Below are positions 59,492 through 64,000 of a stretch of 64,000 bases of DNA, piece after piece. How positions within the stretch are numbered: position 1 is the stretch's first letter; each line of letters opens with the position of its first letter. The notes under the pieces were generated by a model. That model was not told the DNA's origin. It saw only the letters and a program-made list of their open reading frames with translations, and did no database searches. This DNA is from Pseudomonadota bacterium (GTDB lineage Bacteria > Pseudomonadota > Gammaproteobacteria > Pseudomonadales > Halieaceae): positions 1,081-65,080 of the forward strand of contig JBCBZV010000008.1 in assembly GCA_039815155.1 (NCBI GenBank). The letters run 5' to 3'. The translations under genes were made by a program, and so were the position numbers.

Positions 59492-61738
59492 ATGGTGGTT
59501 TTAAAAAAAGTTTTGTTTCGGATCCTACTGATCGGCACGTGCATCCTGCTTGCCTTCTGTGTCTATTTAGACGGCATCGTAACTTCCACCTTTAATGACA
59601 AACGCTTTGCGCTACCCGCTGCTGTCTATGCGAGGCCCTTGGAGCTCTATGCAGGCGCACGTGTTAGTCGAGAGGCGCTTCGCCAAGAGTTAGATCTATT
59701 GGGTTACCGTCGCGTTGGCGTCGCTCGTTCACCGGGAGACTATGAACTGGCAAGCGAGGAGCTGCGACTCTACAGCCGCGGCTTCGATTTTCCTGATGGG
59801 GAGGAAAAGCCGATCTTAGCCAAGGCGACCTTCAGCGAAGCTAGTGTCGAGTCCATCCGGTCTGCGGGTGTTGACTACGATCTTCTACGCTTAGAGCCGT
59901 TGCTGATCGGTGGCATTTATCCAAAGCACGGGGAGGACAGACTTCTTCTTCGCCTGAAGGACGCTCCGCAAACACTGATAGACGGACTGAAACTGATCGA
60001 GGATCGCAACTTTGACGGTCACTGGGGATTTTCACCCACAGGCATTCTTCGGGCCGCCCTTGGGAACATGCAGTCAGGCCGCGTAGTAGCTGGCGGAAGT
60101 ACGATCACCCAACAGCTGGTGAAGAACTATTACTTGAGCCCGGACCGAACGGTTCAGCGTAAGCTGATTGAGCTCGTAATGGCAGTACTCATTGAGCTGC
60201 ATTACGCAAAAGACGAGATCTTAGAGAGCTACCTGAACGAAATTTATTTAGGGCAAGATGGCCCTCGCGCGATTCACGGTTTTGCCCTTGCATCCCTCCA
60301 CTATTTTGACACCCCGCTAGAGACGCTTGGGTTGCATCAGCAGGCGTTACTGATCGGCATGATTCGTGGTCCTAGTCTTTACAATCCGCGTCGCAACCCA
60401 GAACGTGCTCTTGAACGTCGTAACTTGGTCCTGCGGGTCATGGCCGCAGGAGGGGCGATCAATCAGGAGCAGGCGCTGGTTGCCCAGGCTATGCCACTCG
60501 GTCTTAAACGGGGTTCACGCCCAGACAGCTACCCCGCTTATCTCGATCTTGTGCGCATGCAGCTGCGTGAACAGTATGCTCGGTCTGATTACGGCAGCGC
60601 CGGCTTGAAAATTTTTACGCCCTTCAACCCTAAGCTGCAGCAGGCGCTCGAAAGCGGAACGACGAAAGTGTTGAACACGCTCAATCCGGCTGGCGACATG
60701 CAAACGGGAAGCGTCGTTACGCGAACCAGCAATGGCGAAGTGGTTGCCCTCACCGGTGGTCGTACGCCCGGAGCGATCGGGTTCAATCGCGCTCTGAATG
60801 CGCGCAGGCCCGCCGGCTCTTTGCTCAAACCCGCGGTTTATTTGACTGCGCTTCGTCAATCGGAGCGTTTTACGCTGGCCACACCCTTGGACGACTCGCC
60901 CGTGTCTATTGCAATGGACAACGGCAGCCGCTGGACGCCGAGAAACTTCGACCGCGAATCGCATGGAACGGTGCTACTTCATACTGCGCTGGCAAGATCT
61001 TACAACCAGGCGACGGCCAGATTGGCGCAGGAGCTGGGCACCGAGGCTATCGTAGAAACCTTGGCGGATCTCGGGGTGCGAGAAGGCGTGGCTTCTGTTC
61101 CCTCGCTAGCGCTAGGCGCGGGTGAGTATTCGCCTCTCGCCATGAGCAGAATGTATCTGCCGCTGGCGATAGATGGGTCAAGCCCTCCTTTGCGCGCGAT
61201 CCGCTTTATCGTAAATCGTCAAGGCGAAACGCTCCGTGCTAACACCACCGACTACGAGCGCGCAGTGGATCAGCGGGTGAACTATCTGATTCAGTATGCG
61301 CTGCGAGAAGCCGTTAGGGAGGGTACCGGACGTTCCGTGTACCGAACCCTCGACAAGAACTTTCACGTGGCGGGTAAAACCGGTACCACAAATGACGGCC
61401 GTGATTCCTGGTTCGCCGGCTTCTCGAACGATCTACTAGCTGTAGTTTGGGTGGGTCGCGATAATAACGCCGCCACCGGACTGACTGGGGCGTCCGGGGC
61501 CTTACGTATTTGGACCGAATTCATGACGAAGGCCGATAGTCGCTCGCTAGCCAACCCTGTGCCGTCGGGCGTAGAGCTGCACCGCGTTGACGACACTAGT
61601 GGTGTATTGACCGGCGAGGGCTGTAGCGATGCTCGTTTGTTGCCTTTCATAAAGGGTTCGGCGCCTACGGAGCGAAGCCAATGTGGCGGAGCAAAGTCCG
61701 GCGTGCGCAACTGGTTTGAGAGACTGTTTCGGGGATAG
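59492..61738 (+). CDS. mrcB: Penicillin-binding protein 1B
   Basis: N-terminal TM, UB2H region, IEDRNF, GGSTITQQL, SLLK, SYN, KTGT. Confidence 0.95.
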   Translation: MVVLKKVLFRILLIGTCILLAFCVYLDGIVTSTFNDKRFALPAAVYARPLELYAGARVSREALRQELDLLGYRRVGVARSPGDYELASEELRLYSRGFDFPDGEEKPILAKATFSEASVESIRSAGVDYDLLRLEPLLIGGIYPKHGEDRLLLRLKDAPQTLIDGLKLIEDRNFDGHWGFSPTGILRAALGNMQSGRVVAGGSTITQQLVKNYYLSPDRTVQRKLIELVMAVLIELHYAKDEILESYLNEIYLGQDGPRAIHGFALASLHYFDTPLETLGLHQQALLIGMIRGPSLYNPRRNPERALERRNLVLRVMAAGGAINQEQALVAQAMPLGLKRGSRPDSYPAYLDLVRMQLREQYARSDYGSAGLKIFTPFNPKLQQALESGTTKVLNTLNPAGDMQTGSVVTRTSNGEVVALTGGRTPGAIGFNRALNARRPAGSLLKPAVYLTALRQSERFTLATPLDDSPVSIAMDNGSRWTPRNFDRESHGTVLLHTALARSYNQATARLAQELGTEAIVETLADLGVREGVASVPSLALGAGEYSPLAMSRMYLPLAIDGSSPPLRAIRFIVNRQGETLRANTTDYERAVDQRVNYLIQYALREAVREGTGRSVYRTLDKNFHVAGKTGTTNDGRDSWFAGFSNDLLAVVWVGRDNNAATGLTGASGALRIWTEFMTKADSRSLANPVPSGVELHRVDDTSGVLTGEGCSDARLLPFIKGSAPTERSQCGGAKSGVRNWFERLFRG

Positions 61739-61743
61739 TTCAG

Positions 61744-62148
61744 ATGCGCATGTGGCTGTTACTGCTGTTCATCGTGTTCGTTGCTGCATGTGCTACCGGA
61801 CCGGCACCGGTACCACCGGAAAACCCAGCTGCTCGAGTACCGGGCGACCTCGATACAACGCCTGCGGTAACGGCCCCAGAAGAGAAAAGCAAAAGCCTGT
61901 CGGCGCCCGTTGCGCGTCTCCTCGACGAGGCGGTAGCGCTGCGCAAAAAAGGCTCCCTCGACGCGAGCTTTTCCCGTTTAGAGCGAGCCTTGCGTATTTC
62001 TCCGGAAGCGCCAGAGGTGTATTTAGCGCTGGCACAAAATTATCAGATGAGGGGCAACAGCGCATCGGCTCGCAACGCAGCGGAGCGAGGACTGCCATTT
62101 TGCTATGGCGAGTTGTGCCGTGAGCTGCGCGCATTCCTGAGAGACTGA
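61744..62148 (+). CDS. lpoP: TPR lipoprotein, probable PBP1B activator LpoP
   Basis: Lipobox VAAC, Pro-rich linker, TPR (LERALRISP); immediately downstream of mrcB as in Pseudomonas. Confidence 0.7.
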   Translation: MRMWLLLLFIVFVAACATGPAPVPPENPAARVPGDLDTTPAVTAPEEKSKSLSAPVARLLDEAVALRKKGSLDASFSRLERALRISPEAPEVYLALAQNYQMRGNSASARNAAERGLPFCYGELCRELRAFLRD

Positions 62149-62248
62149 AAAGACGGTTTTTCCATCGGATATCGAAGGGAATGCTTAACGCAGCCCCCGC
62201 GTCTTGGATCCTGAAATTGCGTTTATCGGTCGCCTCAAAATCTAATAG

Positions 62249-63754
62249 TTAGAGGTCCGACACGCGAACCCTGGATCCTGCTTCCGTTGGGAAAAACTCG
62301 AGCAGCTGATTAATACATGAGGGACGCTCGCCCACTGTATGACTAACGAAAAGCAATTGCGTGTTCCCCTGGTCAACGACGTGCTCTACTGCCCGCAGCA
62401 GCAAGCTCCGATGTCCGGCATCTAGCGCGAGAGTAGCTTCATCGAGCAACAGCAGCGGTGGCGACTTCACCATTGCCCGTGCCAGGAGAACCAGTCGCTG
62501 CAAACCGAAGCTCAGCGTATCGAAGTGCATGCTCGCATATTCGCCGAGCCCCAGCGCTGCCAGCCAATTTCTCGCAAGGAACTTCTGCTGATCGCTCGCT
62601 TGATTTCGTAAGCCCAGTGAGTCGAAAAACCCCGAAAGAACTACCGCTAGGACGGTGCTGCCACTGGGAATTGCGAACTGCATTTGCGCATCCACTCGAC
62701 CAAACAGATTTTTCACGTCCCACACGCTTTCTCCAGAACCTCTGCGTCGCCCAAACAAAGCCACCTGTTGTCCATAGGCTTTGTGATTGTCGCCGGTTAA
62801 TAGATCTAACAAGGTGCTCTTTCCGCTTCCGTTGGGCCCGCTGATCATGCAGTGCTGGCCTTTCGCTAGGCTCCAGCTAAGATCTTGGAACACAACTTTC
62901 TGGCCGAAGCTCACGCTCACCTTGTGGAGTTCAATCGCAGAACCCACATCATTTCGCTGTGCCTCAGCTTGACGGATAGGCTCCGCGGGCGCCGAAAAAG
63001 TCAACTTAGGGGCCGATAGACCGGCTGTTACCTCTGATTGGCGACAGACAGTTTCACGCTCACCGGCGATTAAGATTTTGCCGGCTTCAAGTACTAAGAC
63101 ATGGCTACACGCTTGGGGTATCTCGCTCAGCCCTCGGCATAAAATAAGCACCGCGGGAAGTTCATCTATAAGGCTATTGATCGCGCCGCTCAGACGGGAT
63201 TGGGTCTCCCGGTCGAGCCCGTCCAGGGGGCTGTCTAGGATCAATAGCTCTGGTTCGGCCAGTACCGCAGCAGCAAACAGCGCTTTGCGGAATTCACCGG
63301 TACTAAGATATCGAATACCCCGATTGAGCAAGGGCTCTAAAGCTAGAAGCTCAATCGTTTGTTGATACAGCGAGTCGTGAGCCCGCTGTGCAGGCAACAA
63401 ATTCGCGACTGAGGTGCCTAGATCGACGCCCGACTCTTCGTATTCGGTGCAGTCCAGTTTTCTGTCTTTTTCCCTTCGCAGGCTCCCCCGCTCAAAACAG
63501 ACAAAGGAAACCTGTGACGGTAGTAGCTTTGCCCCGCGTTTCAGCGTTCCGGAGTAATGCTTCAGCTCCGCCGATAACACTTTTGCCAGCGTGGATTTTC
63601 CAGCACCGTTAGCGCCGAGAACCGCCCAATGTTGCCCCGCTTGCCAGCGCCAGTCGATGGCGCGAAGTGCCGGTTTCGCGCGATAGGTCACCCCCAACTG
63701 CTCCATGGCGAATAGCTCTTGCTCGCTATTGTTGCTGATGGCCTTGTTCGCCAT
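62249..63754 (-). CDS. modF: ModF-like ABC ATPase with two nucleotide-binding domains
   Basis: GANGAGKS/LSTGE/LILD and GPNGSGKS/LSFG/LLLDE. Confidence 0.75.
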   Translation of the reverse strand: MANKAISNNSEQELFAMEQLGVTYRAKPALRAIDWRWQAGQHWAVLGANGAGKSTLAKVLSAELKHYSGTLKRGAKLLPSQVSFVCFERGSLRREKDRKLDCTEYEESGVDLGTSVANLLPAQRAHDSLYQQTIELLALEPLLNRGIRYLSTGEFRKALFAAAVLAEPELLILDSPLDGLDRETQSRLSGAINSLIDELPAVLILCRGLSEIPQACSHVLVLEAGKILIAGERETVCRQSEVTAGLSAPKLTFSAPAEPIRQAEAQRNDVGSAIELHKVSVSFGQKVVFQDLSWSLAKGQHCMISGPNGSGKSTLLDLLTGDNHKAYGQQVALFGRRRGSGESVWDVKNLFGRVDAQMQFAIPSGSTVLAVVLSGFFDSLGLRNQASDQQKFLARNWLAALGLGEYASMHFDTLSFGLQRLVLLARAMVKSPPLLLLDEATLALDAGHRSLLLRAVEHVVDQGNTQLLFVSHTVGERPSCINQLLEFFPTEAGSRVRVSDL

Positions 63755-64000
63755 TATTCGCCTATCGAGAGGTTTGTAGTTCGGCTCGCTGGGCTGGGCG
63801 ATCTGTCATCGAGTAGGATCCTGAACCCAAGACCCACTGTTCCGCCGCGGGCGCCTCGTTGGCTAAACGCGTCGTTGACTAAATGAGTGGATTCAAAGCC
63901 GCTAAGCTGAAGTAAACGCATTCGGTATAGTCGCGGGAAAGATTTTGGGAAATTTCTGAAGGAAATTAGCATTTGTCCCTAACGCTATTAGCTATGGCCG

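Overview
Mostly core chromosome of a gammaproteobacterium of roughly mid-50s %GC. The gene order is Pseudomonas-like and the content suggests a marine Cellvibrionales/Halieaceae-type organism (inference only). Positions 1-5265 look like an accessory island abutting the 3' end of a tRNA-Ile2(CAT). It holds the N-terminus of a Thr/Ser/Gly/Asn-rich protein that runs off the left edge (absent from the ORF track) behind a lux-box-like palindrome, a secreted HExxH protein, an IS3-family element with an amber nonsense in orfB, a nitroreductase, a crotonase scar and a BrnT/RHH toxin-antitoxin pair. Then come recQ, sulP-usp, a WS/DGAT with a very basic tail, a signal-peptide RidA, rpsU-yqeY-dnaG-rpoD, tsaD-folB-folK, cca, apaH-apaG-rsmA. 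An 8.9 kb glycan module (Wzm/Wzt-type ABC pair, GT4, GT-C-like membrane protein, PqqD/RRE-like plus GT-A protein, AT-rich spacer, H-NS) splits the normally contiguous pdxA-rsmA junction. The rest is pdxA-surA-lptD, amgK-murU, rpe, trpEGDC with a candidate RWRW leader peptide, crp, osmC-like, purD-purH-fis-dusB-prmA-accC-accB-aroQ-dsbD, PCu(A)C, DUF2333, pentapeptide protein, PfkB kinase, mrcB-lpoP and a ModF-like ATPase. Window-wide oddities: TAG is the most used stop codon (21 of 56 by hand count), C-rich degenerate tandem repeats sit downstream of several genes, several starts look leaderless, and several core proteins appear to carry in-frame insertions. All family assignments come from motif recognition by eye; no database searches were run.
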